A stretch of 30,673 nt of DNA from an uncultured Coriobacteriaceae bacterium (GTDB taxonomy: Bacteria; Actinomycetota; Coriobacteriia; Coriobacteriales; CADBOM01), in NCBI GenBank assembly GCA_964584585.1, contig CAZPAN010000003.1, forward strand, positions 1 through 30,673, written 5' to 3'. The stretch's first letter is position 1; the number at the start of each line of letters is the position of its first letter. Shown piece by piece: positions 1-9,364 of this stretch. Position numbers and translations under genes: made by a program. The notes beneath the pieces were generated by a model. The model searched no databases. It was given only the letters and a program-made list of their open reading frames with translations, and was not told the DNA's origin.

Positions 1-49
1 GGGCACTAGCACCTCAAGCTAGCGCGTCTGCCAATTCCGCCACTCCGAC
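1..49 (-). tRNA. tRNA-Leu(GAG), 3' part truncated by window edge
   Basis: Reverse complement GTCGGAG-TG-GCGGAATTGGCAGACGC-G-CTAGC-TT-GAG-GT-GCTAG-TGCCC: acceptor 5' strand, Leu-type D arm, and 5-bp anticodon stem around GAG. Confidence 0.95.
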
Positions 50-68
50 GTGGTTTCAGCAAGAAGAT

Positions 69-96
69 AGTTTATCCGAAAGCCCGTATTGCGCAA
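69..96 (-). promoter_or_regulatory. putative sigma70 promoter for tRNA-Leu
   Basis: Minus strand TTGCGC-N16-TAAACT about 20 nt upstream of the tRNA 5' end. Confidence 0.45.
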
Positions 97-177
97 TAGC
101 GCATTGCGTAATTTCAGCCGAAAGGCCCCTCGCCAGGCCATTTTCAGAACCCCCGGCACAAGCCGCCGACCAGACCG

Positions 178-420
178 TTAGGCGTGCGGGTAAATGATCA
201 TCATCGCGAAGATGGTGATGAAGAAGACCACCGCCAGAATGACCGTGATCCTATCTAAGTTCTTCTCGATTATGGTCGTTCCGCTGAAGGTTCCCGAGAA
301 GCTGCTTGCGAGCATGTCGCTGATCCCGGTGCCCTTCCCAGAGTGGAGCATGACCATGATGACAAGCCCAATGCCGGATATCGCCCAAACGGCCAGCGTG
401 ATTATCAATAGAACACTCAA
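178..420 (-). CDS. secG: preprotein translocase subunit SecG
   Basis: Two hydrophobic helices around HSGKGTGISDM...EKNLDRIT. Start moved to TTG at 420, downstream of an AGGAG RBS (ORF track start 438). Confidence 0.93.
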   Translation of the reverse strand: MSVLLIITLAVWAISGIGLVIMVMLHSGKGTGISDMLASSFSGTFSGTTIIEKNLDRITVILAVVFFITIFAMMIIYPHA

Positions 421-477
421 TTGAATCTCCTGGATCACAGGTCCCTGTTTGCCTAGGACCGCACTTGCAGGTTAAGT

Positions 478-506
478 AGTATAGATCGGCGCTCGTAAAG
501 CCACAA
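478..506 (-). promoter_or_regulatory. putative sigma70 promoter for secG
   Basis: Minus strand TTGTGG-N17-TATACT. Confidence 0.5.
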
Positions 507-540
507 GATAGCAGGTTAGCCGCTGAATGGATGCGACCTT

Positions 541-2109
541 TCAGCGGCAAATGAGACTCCTTCCGGTCCACTCCTCCGGCACGTCCTCGATGCCTGCAAG
601 ATCGAGAAACGTCGGGGCGACGTCCGCCAGGCGCCCGATCCCATCGGCCAGCGCGACCTTCCCGGCACCCTCAGTTGCATCGATGACGGCGAAGGGAACC
701 GGCGCTGTGGTATGCGCGGTGTGGGGGGTGCCGTCCTCGGCGATCATCTTCTCGGCGTTGCCGTGATCGGCCGTGACTATCGCAACCCCGTGCTTTCTCT
801 CGATCGTCTCGATGAGCCTCTCAACGCAACGGTCCACTGTCTCGACCGCCTTGATCGTGGCCTCGATCGAGCCGGTGTGCCCCACCATGTCGCAGTTCGC
901 GTAGTTGACGATATAGAACTCCGCAGCGTCGCCCTCTATGGCCTCAACGAGCGCGTCGGTGACCTCGTAAGCGCTCATCTCAGGCTGCAGATCGTAGGTG
1001 GCCACCTTGGGGCTGGGGATCAGGATCCTCTGCTCCCCCTCCTTGCTTTCCTCCACGCCGCCGTTGAAGAAGAACGTCACATGCGCGTATTTCTCGGTCT
1101 CGGCGATGTGAAGCTGCCGCATCTCCATGCCCGAGATAACGTCGGCAAGCACGTTGGGCGGGATCTCCTTGGGAAACGCCACCGGCAGATCGAAGGTCTC
1201 GTCGTACTCTGTCATGCATGCATAGGCCACCTTAGGCTTGCGCACGCGCTCGAACCGATCGAAGTCCACCTGCGTGAACGCCCTGGTGAGCTCGCGCGCC
1301 CTATCCGGTCTGAAGTTGAAGAACACTACGCCATCGCCATCTCGCACGCCGCGATCGGAGAACGTGACGGGTTTGAGGAACTCATCGGTGACACCAACCT
1401 CATAGGAGCCCTTGACGACGTTCTCCGGAGTCATGTCGACGGTATGGCATCTAGAGGCGTCGGGAACGACGATCGCATCCCAGGCTCGCTTGACGCGGTC
1501 CCATCTGTTGTCGCGATCCATCGCGAAGTAGCGTCCGCTGAGCGAGGCGATCTCGGTGACGGTCCCGTGCTTCTCGGCGGTCCTGGCGAGATACCCCTGG
1601 AGCTTCTTCACGTATCCGGCGCCGCTGGTGGGCGAGACGTCACGACCGTCGAGAAACGGATGCACCATGATGTGGCCGACCCCGGCTTTCGCGGCCATGT
1701 CGATCAGCGCTTCGAGATGGTCGAACTGGCTGTGCACTCCACCGTCGGAGAGAAGGCCCATCAGGTGAACGGCGCCTCCGGTCTTGACTGTAGTCGAGAA
1801 GATCTTCGACAGCACCGGGTTCTCAAAGAACGATCCGTCGGAGATCGCGTTGTTGATGCGGGACAGATCCTGATAGACGATCCTCCCGGATCCGATGTTC
1901 AGGTGACCTACCTCGGAATTGCCCATCTGACCGGCAGGAAGCCCCACGTCCGTCCCCGAAGCCTCAATGATGCAATACGGATACTCCTCCCCTCCCATAA
2001 GGCGATCGAGGAACGGCTTGTCAGCTAGGCTCACGGCGTTGCCTGGACCGGGTCCGGCAAGCCCGAAGCCGTCCATGATCACCAGGAGCGCAGGTGTGTT
2101 CATATTCAT
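541..2109 (-). CDS. gpmI: 2,3-bisphosphoglycerate-independent phosphoglycerate mutase
   Basis: Motifs LVIMDGFG, GQMGNSEVGH, LSDGGVHS, GRYFAMDRD, AETEKYAHVT, NCDMVGHTG, TADHGNAE. Start 2109 or 2103. Confidence 0.97.
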   Translation of the reverse strand: MNMNTPALLVIMDGFGLAGPGPGNAVSLADKPFLDRLMGGEEYPYCIIEASGTDVGLPAGQMGNSEVGHLNIGSGRIVYQDLSRINNAISDGSFFENPVLSKIFSTTVKTGGAVHLMGLLSDGGVHSQFDHLEALIDMAAKAGVGHIMVHPFLDGRDVSPTSGAGYVKKLQGYLARTAEKHGTVTEIASLSGRYFAMDRDNRWDRVKRAWDAIVVPDASRCHTVDMTPENVVKGSYEVGVTDEFLKPVTFSDRGVRDGDGVVFFNFRPDRARELTRAFTQVDFDRFERVRKPKVAYACMTEYDETFDLPVAFPKEIPPNVLADVISGMEMRQLHIAETEKYAHVTFFFNGGVEESKEGEQRILIPSPKVATYDLQPEMSAYEVTDALVEAIEGDAAEFYIVNYANCDMVGHTGSIEATIKAVETVDRCVERLIETIERKHGVAIVTADHGNAEKMIAEDGTPHTAHTTAPVPFAVIDATEGAGKVALADGIGRLADVAPTFLDLAGIEDVPEEWTGRSLICR

Positions 2110-2217
2110 GCCGCCTTTCGGAACATGACTTCGTTTCTGAAACCGTATTTTCGATCTAGAGATGCCCAGGCGTGGCGCAGCGAGGCTTCAGAGCACAAGC
2201 GATGGCCGCAAACGGAG

Positions 2218-3009
2218 TCAGCCCAGCTTGGCCTCCCTGCAAATCCGCACTATTTCCACAAATTTCAACGCATCGAGGGAAGCTCCTCCGACGAGTCCGC
2301 CGTCGATCTCCTCCATCTGGAGGAAGTGGGCGGCGTTCTCGGGCTTCATCGAGCCGCCGTAGAGAACCCTGATGGCCGCAGCTGCATCAGACCCCACCAT
2401 GTCGGCCACCACCGATCTGATCGAGGCTACGATCGAGGCCGCGCTCTCGGGTGTGGGTACCTTGCCGGTCCCGATGGCCCAGATGGGCTCGTAGGCGATC
2501 ACCGACTCAGAGCAGCTAGCAGGGCCGATGCCATCAAGCGCACGGCGGATCTGACCGCTGACGAACTCGACCGATTCGCCCCTGGCGTTGGTCGCCTCGC
2601 TCTCGCCGCAGCAGATGATCGGGACGATCCCATGGTCTATCAGAACCTTGGCCTTGAGATTGACCTTCTCGTCGGTCTCAGCATTGTCGGCCCGTCTCTC
2701 GGAGTGGCCGACGATGCAGTAAGCGCACCCGAGGTCGACCAGCATCGAAGCCGAGATCTCGCCGGTGCAGGCAGCGGAACCCTCGAACGCCTCCCAATGG
2801 ACATCCTGGGCGCCCACCTCGAAATGAGCCCTGTCAAACTCGCGTACGTTCGAGACGCCCTTTATCGATGTGAACGGCGGGCACAGCACGACCTCGACGT
2901 CATCAAGATCCGTCCCCGAGATCTGGTCGCCCACGATCTGGGCTGTCTTGACCGCACTCGCCCAAGTCATGTTCATCTTCCAGTTGCCAGCTATTATCGG
3001 CTTCCGCAA
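2218..3009 (-). CDS. tpiA: triosephosphate isomerase
   Basis: IAGNWKMN, IVGHSERR, AYEPIWAIGTG, LYGGS, LVGGASL. Start placed at TTG 3009 after GGAGGTG. Confidence 0.97.
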   Translation of the reverse strand: MRKPIIAGNWKMNMTWASAVKTAQIVGDQISGTDLDDVEVVLCPPFTSIKGVSNVREFDRAHFEVGAQDVHWEAFEGSAACTGEISASMLVDLGCAYCIVGHSERRADNAETDEKVNLKAKVLIDHGIVPIICCGESEATNARGESVEFVSGQIRRALDGIGPASCSESVIAYEPIWAIGTGKVPTPESAASIVASIRSVVADMVGSDAAAAIRVLYGGSMKPENAAHFLQMEEIDGGLVGGASLDALKFVEIVRICREAKLG

Positions 3010-3159
3010 TTCGGTCACCTCCAGATCCGCCATGCGGGGAGGAAGCACCATCCCCGCCGTTTCCTATCGCCACGCAGGAAAGCAGCCCGCAGAGTCCATC
3101 GCGCGCATCCGAACGCCCCGTTCCTCCAGCCGCCGACGATTGGGCCCCAAGAGGCTCCG

Positions 3160-4350
3160 TCAGCCGTCATCCTGCGCATCGAGGGCGACGATCCCCGGCA
3201 ACGGGGTTCCTTCGAGAAGCTGCATCGAAGCACCTCCTCCGGTGGAGATGAAGGTCATCTTCTCTGCGAAACCGAACTTATCCGCTGCAGCCGCAGAGTC
3301 GCCGCCGCCGATGATCGTGATCGCATCGACGTTGTCGGCCAGCGCCTGCGCCACCATGCGGGTACCGTTCTCGAAAGGCCCCACCTCGAACACGCCCATC
3401 GGGCCGTTCCAGATGATCGTCTTGGAGGACAGCACGCAACGCCTGAAAAGCTCGCAGGTGGCGGGGCCTATGTCGAGTCCCATCTTGTCAGCGGGGATCT
3501 CCGAGACATCGCAGATCGAGGTGACAGCATCGGCCGAGATGCCGTCGGCCACCACGACATCGATCGGCAGGAGCAGACCGACTCCCTTCTCCTTGGCCTT
3601 CGCGATCATCTCTCCGGCTTTCTCAAGCCACTCATCCTGAACGAGCGACTTGCCCACCCCGTAACCCTGAGCGGCGAGGAAGGTGAAGCACATACCTCCG
3701 CCGATGACGAGAGAGTCGACGATGTCGAGCATCCTACTCACAAGGCCGATCTTGTCGGAGACCTTTGCTCCGCCGAGTATCGCGGTGAAGGGGCGCTCCG
3801 GGCGCTCAAGATCGCCGGTGAGGACCTCGATCTCCTTCTCCAGAAGAAAGCCCGCGTAGGAGGGTAGAAACCTCGTGATGCACTCGATCGAGGCATGGCT
3901 TCTGTGCGAGCAGCCGAAGGCATCGTCGACGTAGATGTCGCCGAGTCGGGAGAGCTCGCGGGCGAACTCCTCGTCGTTCTTCTTCTCCCTGGGATCGAAC
4001 CTGAGATTCTCCACCATCAGCACGTCACCATCGGAGAGGGCCATCGTGGCCTCGACGACCTCTTCGCCGGTGACCTCGCGCACGCAGGCGACCTCCTTGC
4101 CAAGCAGCCTCCCGAGTACCCTGGCGGCAGGAGCGAGCGAGTACTTCTCCTCGAAACCAGTGCCGGAGGGCCTGCCAAGATGACTCATGAGGACCAGCCT
4201 GGCCCCGTTGTCTAAAAGATACGTGATGGTGGGGAGAGCGGCGCGGATGCGCTTGTCCTCGGTGACGGTGCCCTCAGACATGGGCACGTTGAAGTCGACG
4301 CGGACCAGCACTCGCTTGCCCTTCACGTCGACGCCACGGATGCTTCTCAT
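3160..4350 (-). CDS. pgk: phosphoglycerate kinase
   Basis: RVDFNVP, SHLGRP, ENLRF, GGAKVSDK, WNGPMG, GGGDS, STGGGAS. Confidence 0.98.
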   Translation of the reverse strand: MRSIRGVDVKGKRVLVRVDFNVPMSEGTVTEDKRIRAALPTITYLLDNGARLVLMSHLGRPSGTGFEEKYSLAPAARVLGRLLGKEVACVREVTGEEVVEATMALSDGDVLMVENLRFDPREKKNDEEFARELSRLGDIYVDDAFGCSHRSHASIECITRFLPSYAGFLLEKEIEVLTGDLERPERPFTAILGGAKVSDKIGLVSRMLDIVDSLVIGGGMCFTFLAAQGYGVGKSLVQDEWLEKAGEMIAKAKEKGVGLLLPIDVVVADGISADAVTSICDVSEIPADKMGLDIGPATCELFRRCVLSSKTIIWNGPMGVFEVGPFENGTRMVAQALADNVDAITIIGGGDSAAAADKFGFAEKMTFISTGGGASMQLLEGTPLPGIVALDAQDDG

Positions 4351-4378
4351 CTATGCCTCGATTCTCGGAAATGACCTG

Positions 4379-5389
4379 CTATCGGGTCATGATGTACCTG
4401 GCGAGATCCTTCACTCTCTCAGAGTATCCGGCCTCGTTGTCGTACCAGGCGATGACCTTCACGAGGTTGCCGGGTTCGTTGGCAACCATCGTGAGCAGGC
4501 TGTCGAATATCGAGGAGGATTTGTTGCCGATGACATCACAGGAAACGATAGGATCGGAGCAGTACTCAAGGTAGCCCTTCATCGAACCCTCGGAGGCCTC
4601 CCTGATCGCGGAGTTGACCTCCTCGCGAGTCACGTCGCGACCGAGCTCGACCACGAGATCGACCATCGAGGCATCGGGGGTGGGAACGCGAGTGGCCATG
4701 CCATCGAGCTTGCCCTTGAGCTGAGGCAGCACCTCACCGACCGCCTTGGCAGCGCCGGTGGTGGTGGGAATCATCGAGACCGCTGCGGCACGCGCGCGAC
4801 GCAGATCCTTGTGCGACTTGTCGAGGATCTGCTGGTCGTTGGTGTAGCTGTGGATGGTGTTCATGAAACCGCGCTCAAGTCCGAAGGCGTCGTCGAGAAC
4901 CTTCGCGACCGGAGCGAGGCAGTTGGTCGTGCAGGACGCGTTGGAGATGACGCTGTGCTTGGCGGGGTCGTACACAGTCTCGTTGACCCCCATGACTATC
5001 GTCGCGTCGACATCCTTGCCCGGAGCGGTGATGATGACCTTCTCGACCGTCCCACCGATGTGGGCACCGGCATCGGAGGTCGACTTGTACCTCCCGGTGG
5101 ACTCGATGACGCACTCGGCGCCATACTCGCTCCACGGGATCTTGGAAAGGTCATCGCGCTCGTTATGCACGGGAACGAAACGGCCGTCGACCACGATCCC
5201 CCCATCGGCCGCTTCGACGGTGTCATAGATGCGACCGTGGACGGAATCGTACTTGAGCAGATGAGAGGCGGTGGTCAGATCGCGGGTCCCGTTGATCGCC
5301 ACGACCTCGAATTCAGGGTCGTTTTCCATAGCACGAAACACTAGCCTGCCTATACGGCCGAAACCGTTGATCCCGATCTTTATAGCCAC
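4379..5389 (-). CDS. gap: type I glyceraldehyde-3-phosphate dehydrogenase
   Basis: GINGFGRIGR, SNASCTTNCLAP, WYDNE. GTG start after GGAAAGGAAGG. Confidence 0.98.
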   Translation of the reverse strand: MAIKIGINGFGRIGRLVFRAMENDPEFEVVAINGTRDLTTASHLLKYDSVHGRIYDTVEAADGGIVVDGRFVPVHNERDDLSKIPWSEYGAECVIESTGRYKSTSDAGAHIGGTVEKVIITAPGKDVDATIVMGVNETVYDPAKHSVISNASCTTNCLAPVAKVLDDAFGLERGFMNTIHSYTNDQQILDKSHKDLRRARAAAVSMIPTTTGAAKAVGEVLPQLKGKLDGMATRVPTPDASMVDLVVELGRDVTREEVNSAIREASEGSMKGYLEYCSDPIVSCDVIGNKSSSIFDSLLTMVANEPGNLVKVIAWYDNEAGYSERVKDLARYIMTR

Positions 5390-5497
5390 GTTAACCTTCC
5401 TTTCCGATCCAGCAAAAAGGGTATGATCTGCAGCCGAGGGCTAGCCCTCGCCCACCAAGAGACTCCTGTCTCCACCCGCATCGAGACCGTGCGGCTC

Positions 5498-6439
5498 TCA
5501 AGGTTCGGAGGAGCCGGCCGTCTTCTGCTCGAGATCCCTCGCGAGGGCTTCTATTCGTCTAATTCTATGATAAACAGCGGACTTGGACAGCGGTGGGTCA
5601 GCCAGCTCGCCAAGCTCCCTCAAAGAAACATCTGGATGCTCCAGTCTGAGAACCGCCAGGTCCTGGAGGGCTGGCGGGAGCGACTCGAGACCGCGCTTGT
5701 CGATCAGCGTCTTTATAGCACGTATCTGGCCCATCGCCGCGTCGATGGACTTGGTCTGATTGGCCATCTCAGCGTTAAGCCTTCGGTTGACGTCGTTTCG
5801 CACCGACTTGGTGACGCGCACGTTCTCCATCGCAAGAACTCCGCGATGCGCGCCGGTAACGGCTAGAACATCCGCGATTTGGTTCGCACCCTTCAGGTAG
5901 ATGATGTACGAACCGCGACGCCTGGTGGCCTTGGCCTGAATGTCGAAGGCGGCCATCAGCTCCACGAGACCGCGAGCCAGCTCCTCGTGATCCGTGGTGA
6001 GTTCGAAATGAAAATCCCCCCTGGGATCGGCGATGAACCCGCCACCGATGAACGCGCCCCGTAAGTAAGCCGCACGACAGCAGAGCTTCGCGAGCAACTC
6101 GTGCGGGATACCAAGCTCTAGTCCCGAGTCGGAGACGATGCCGAGATCGACCAAGGCGTCTCGCAGGCCGATCTGCGCAGGGACCGTGATCAGGTAGTTG
6201 TAAGACTTGTGCAGGGTGCTCCGCCTTGTGGTGATCTCGGTCTTAAGACCCTCCACATCGTGGATGAGAGAGACTATGAGACGGGCGACGGAGGCAGTCT
6301 CGGTAGTGAGCTCAAGCCTATAGTTCGCCGAGAGCCGACCCTCTATGCGCACCAACGCCGAAAGCTCAGCCTTCTTGCAGTCCTCGCATTCGAACTCCAC
6401 GCGGGACAGCTCGTCTCTCACCTCTCCTGCGAACGACAA
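5498..6439 (-). CDS. whiA: DNA-binding protein WhiA
   Basis: SFAGEVRDEL, AYLRGAFIGGG, NRRLNAEMAN, LSKSAVYHRIRR. Position after yvcK. Start placed at TTG 6439, overlapping the yvcK 3' end by 22 nt. Confidence 0.93.
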   Translation of the reverse strand: MSFAGEVRDELSRVEFECEDCKKAELSALVRIEGRLSANYRLELTTETASVARLIVSLIHDVEGLKTEITTRRSTLHKSYNYLITVPAQIGLRDALVDLGIVSDSGLELGIPHELLAKLCCRAAYLRGAFIGGGFIADPRGDFHFELTTDHEELARGLVELMAAFDIQAKATRRRGSYIIYLKGANQIADVLAVTGAHRGVLAMENVRVTKSVRNDVNRRLNAEMANQTKSIDAAMGQIRAIKTLIDKRGLESLPPALQDLAVLRLEHPDVSLRELGELADPPLSKSAVYHRIRRIEALARDLEQKTAGSSEP

Positions 6440-7542
6440 AGCCCCAGCACCCCCTTGAAAACCTCCGCGAGGGCGCGTGGACTGTGCCATGTGGGAAAGA
6501 CCGTGTCGACCATGTCCTGCTCTATGACGACGGGAACCTCTGCGGAGAGCTCGGCGCGTATATCCTCGTCGAGCGGGACGGATCTGATGACCTTACTCTT
6601 GGCGCCGAGCGACGACAGCGATGATTTCTCGCTCACATGGGGCACAGCCTCGTACTCCCCGGAGCCTCCTCGCCCGTCATCGGCTTCTCCTCCCCTAGAA
6701 GGAGAGCTCACGCAGACCGCGTCAAGGATCCCGGACATGCCGTGGTCGAGCAGCGCCTGAAGATGCTCATGGCAGCCGAGGCCCCAAGTCTCGCCCTGCA
6801 TGTCGGCGAGCGAGCACAGAAACACCGTCCTGGCGCCGCTGTCGCGGATGGCGTCGACGATTCCGGGCACCAGCAGGTTCGGGATTATCGAGGTAAAGAG
6901 CGACCCGGGGCCGAGCACGACGAGATCGGCCTCCCTGATCGCGTCCAACGCCGGCTCGTAGGGAGCGGGGTCGGATGGATCGAGCCACACGGACTCGAGC
7001 GCGGTCTCACTGTGGGCTATCGTCGACTGCCCTTGGAGCATACGCCCATCGCGAGTTTGTCCTTCGAGCGTGATCTGATCTATCGTGGAGGGATAGACAT
7101 GCCCTCTGGCCCCGAGCAGCCTCTCGCATATCGAGATCGCCTCCGGGAAGGATGACACGTCGGCGAGAGCGGTGATCATGAGGTTGCCGAGCGTGTGGTT
7201 GTAGGCGTAGTCGAAGCGATACTTGAACGCCTCGACCAGAGGATCGGACGAGTTTGCGGCCATCGCGGTTATGCACTTGCGGATGTCGCCCGGTGGAATC
7301 GAGTCGGTCCTCTCGCGGATGAGGCCCGTGGAACCCCCGTCGTCGGTCATCGCGACGACAGCCGAGGTTCTGACGCCCATCGCCAGCAGGGTCTTTATCG
7401 AGACGGGAGCGCCGGTGCCACCTCCGACGACCACGGCTGCATACCCCGAGAAGGGCGAGTCGGACAGATCCCCTGCGGTGTCGGCGAGGTTCCATCTGGA
7501 GTTGGTGGTGGGTATCCTCGCGATGATATCATCTGGCTGCAT
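6418..7542 (-). CDS. yvcK: gluconeogenesis factor YvcK/CuvA family (CofD-like)
   Basis: VGGGTG, DDGGSTG, PPGDIRKC, HTLGNL, LGPGSLFTSIIPNLLVPG. ATG overlaps the rapZ stop (TGATG). Confidence 0.92.
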   Translation of the reverse strand: MQPDDIIARIPTTNSRWNLADTAGDLSDSPFSGYAAVVVGGGTGAPVSIKTLLAMGVRTSAVVAMTDDGGSTGLIRERTDSIPPGDIRKCITAMAANSSDPLVEAFKYRFDYAYNHTLGNLMITALADVSSFPEAISICERLLGARGHVYPSTIDQITLEGQTRDGRMLQGQSTIAHSETALESVWLDPSDPAPYEPALDAIREADLVVLGPGSLFTSIIPNLLVPGIVDAIRDSGARTVFLCSLADMQGETWGLGCHEHLQALLDHGMSGILDAVCVSSPSRGGEADDGRGGSGEYEAVPHVSEKSSLSSLGAKSKVIRSVPLDEDIRAELSAEVPVVIEQDMVDTVFPTWHSPRALAEVFKGVLGLCRSQER

Positions 7543-8459
7543 CAACCCACCTCGGCAAGCGAGATGTCACGATGCGTGATCGTGACGAAGTAGCCCTCGT
7601 CCTTCAGATGGCGGTAGGTCTCGTGCGCCAGCACGACGCTGCGATGCTGTCCGCCGGTGCAGCCGAGCCCTATCGAGACGTATTTCTTCCCCTCCTCGAC
7701 GTATCCGGGCATGATGACGTCCAAGAGGCCGTACCAACTCTCTAGAAACTGCTGCGTCTGGGGCTTCGCCATTACGAATTCCCGGACTGCGGAATCAGTG
7801 CCGAGAAGGTGCCGGAGGTCCTGCTCGTAGAACGGGTTGGGCAAAAATCTCACGTCTATCAGCAGGTCAGCGTCCATGGGCATGCCGTGCTTAAATCCAA
7901 ACGAGAACACGTTGACCCTCAAAACGTCGTCCTCCTCGTCGGAAGAGAAGAGCGACCTGATCTGCTTGCGAAGCTCTTGCGGCTTCATTCCTCCGGTATC
8001 GATGACGTAATTGGCGATCTCCTTGGCCTCGTCGAGAAGCTTGCGCTCCCTCTCGATGCCAGCGACTATCGTCATGCCGTCCTCGCAGAGAGGATGGCGG
8101 CGTCTGGTGGTCTTGAACCTGGAGAGGAGCGACTTGGTATCGGAATCCAGGAAGAGAATCGCGTAGCTGATCCCTGCAGAGGAGATCTTCTTGAGCTCGT
8201 CGAGGAGCTCTGGGAAGAACTCCCTCGCCCTCAGATCGCACACCACGGCGAGCTTGCGCTGCGCGCCATCGGGCCTTCCCGCAAGGGAGACCAGATTGAT
8301 GAGCAGTGATGGCGGAAGGTTGTCGATGCAGAAGTACCCGAGATCCTCGAAAGTGTGCATGGCCTCCGTCCTACCGGCACCGGACATCCCGGTGATGACC
8401 ACCAGATCCGGGTCGGTGGTGCTCGAGTTGGAAAGCTGGGCCTCGATCTGATTATCCAT
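7542..8459 (-). CDS. rapZ: RNase adapter RapZ/YvcJ family P-loop protein
   Basis: ITGMSGAGRT, GYFCIDNLPP, SFGFKHG, DVRFLPNPFY, GCTGGQHRSV. Start placed at ATG 8459. Confidence 0.95.
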   Translation of the reverse strand: MDNQIEAQLSNSSTTDPDLVVITGMSGAGRTEAMHTFEDLGYFCIDNLPPSLLINLVSLAGRPDGAQRKLAVVCDLRAREFFPELLDELKKISSAGISYAILFLDSDTKSLLSRFKTTRRRHPLCEDGMTIVAGIERERKLLDEAKEIANYVIDTGGMKPQELRKQIRSLFSSDEEDDVLRVNVFSFGFKHGMPMDADLLIDVRFLPNPFYEQDLRHLLGTDSAVREFVMAKPQTQQFLESWYGLLDVIMPGYVEEGKKYVSIGLGCTGGQHRSVVLAHETYRHLKDEGYFVTITHRDISLAEVG

Positions 8460-8666
8460 GTCGACCTGCAAGCATTCTCGTTGGAACGGCGCCGGATCCG
8501 GCTCCGGACCCCCGCCTTTGCCCGTAAATACTAGCACGTATGGGCAAGGACGACAGCGGCCTTCATCCCGATGCGCCCAGGAGATCCGACAGCGAAGACG
8601 ACGCCGGCAGCCCCGGCTCGGATCCCAGCCGGATCCGCAGGTGTCTCGCGGCCGCCTGCGCAGCCC

Positions 8667-9113
8667 TCAGTTCATACTCTTGATGGCCTCGGCGAACTCA
8701 TAGATCGACTTGAAGTCCTTGTACACCGAGGCGAACCTGATGTAGGCCAGATCGTCGACCTCGCGCAGCCGGGCGAGAACCATATCGCCGAGTACGGCAG
8801 AGGAGATCTCGGACTTGTTGGAGCTGCGGAGCTCGTTCTCGATGTCGGAGATGAGATCCTGGAGCACGCCTATCGGAACGTTCCTCTTGGCGGTCGCCGT
8901 CATCAGGCCCCTCAGAAGCTTGCTGCTGTCGAAGGCCTCGGAGCTCCGGTCTTTCTTAATGACAATCAGCGGTTGCTCGTTTAGCCTCTCGTAAGTGGTG
9001 AAGCGATGGCCGCAATCGACGCACTCCCTGCGTCTCCTCACGGCCTTGCCCTCCTCGACGAGCCTGGAGTCGATGACCCTGGTGTTCTTGCAGTTGCAGG
9101 CAGGGCAGTACAT
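8667..9113 (-). CDS. nrdR: transcriptional repressor NrdR
   Basis: MYCPAC...TRVIDSR...RRRRECVDCGHRFTTYE zinc ribbon, ATP cone, AYIRFASVY. Start ATG 9113 after GGAG. Confidence 0.97.
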   Translation of the reverse strand: MYCPACNCKNTRVIDSRLVEEGKAVRRRRECVDCGHRFTTYERLNEQPLIVIKKDRSSEAFDSSKLLRGLMTATAKRNVPIGVLQDLISDIENELRSSNKSEISSAVLGDMVLARLREVDDLAYIRFASVYKDFKSIYEFAEAIKSMN

Positions 9114-9265
9114 GGTGGATCTCCGGAAATCATGGCGGAACACCGGGGCTGCGCTCCACCGGCCTTCTAAGTCGAACCGCGCGACGTCGCATCGCGCGTT
9201 CCAGTGATTATACAGCGAGGGCGCCGGAATGATCCTGCGGTCGCACGCCCGATTGGAATACAACC

Positions 9266-9279
9266 AAAACCAACGTTCG
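9266..9279. promoter_or_regulatory. second, degenerate LexA (SOS) box
   Basis: AAAAC-CAAC-GTTCG versus the Gram-positive consensus CGAAC-N4-GTTCG; one half-site is perfect. Confidence 0.55.
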
Positions 9280-9293
9280 CATCGATGTTAATT

Positions 9294-9307
9294 CGAACAT
9301 ATGTTTG
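9294..9307. promoter_or_regulatory. LexA (SOS) box
   Basis: CGAAC-ATAT-GTTTG, one mismatch from consensus, overlapping the lexA -35. Confidence 0.85.
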
Positions 9308-9333
9308 CCTGCTGCTCTTTGGAGGTGTATACT
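9305..9333 (+). promoter_or_regulatory. sigma70 promoter of lexA
   Basis: TTGCCT-N17-TATACT. Confidence 0.7.
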
Positions 9334-9364
9334 CGTTGCGTCTGAACGAATGGAAGGAACTCCA

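Noticed and set aside
1-177. tRNA as the attachment site of an integrated element
   Set aside because: The tRNA 3' end lies outside the window; no integrase or duplicated tRNA fragment is visible here.
2125-3867. 580-aa plus-strand ORF, and similar long ORFs at 712-2028, 4187-5344, 14389-15564, 18113-19363, 21788-23533, 26760-27740
   Set aside because: Each is antisense to a clearly recognisable gene. These are shadow ORFs expected from high GC at third codon positions, with no family motifs.
8518-8548. TTGCCCGTA...TATGGGCAA inverted repeat upstream of rapZ as an NrdR box or operator
   Set aside because: It does not match the NrdR consensus, occurs once, and has no second site to support it.
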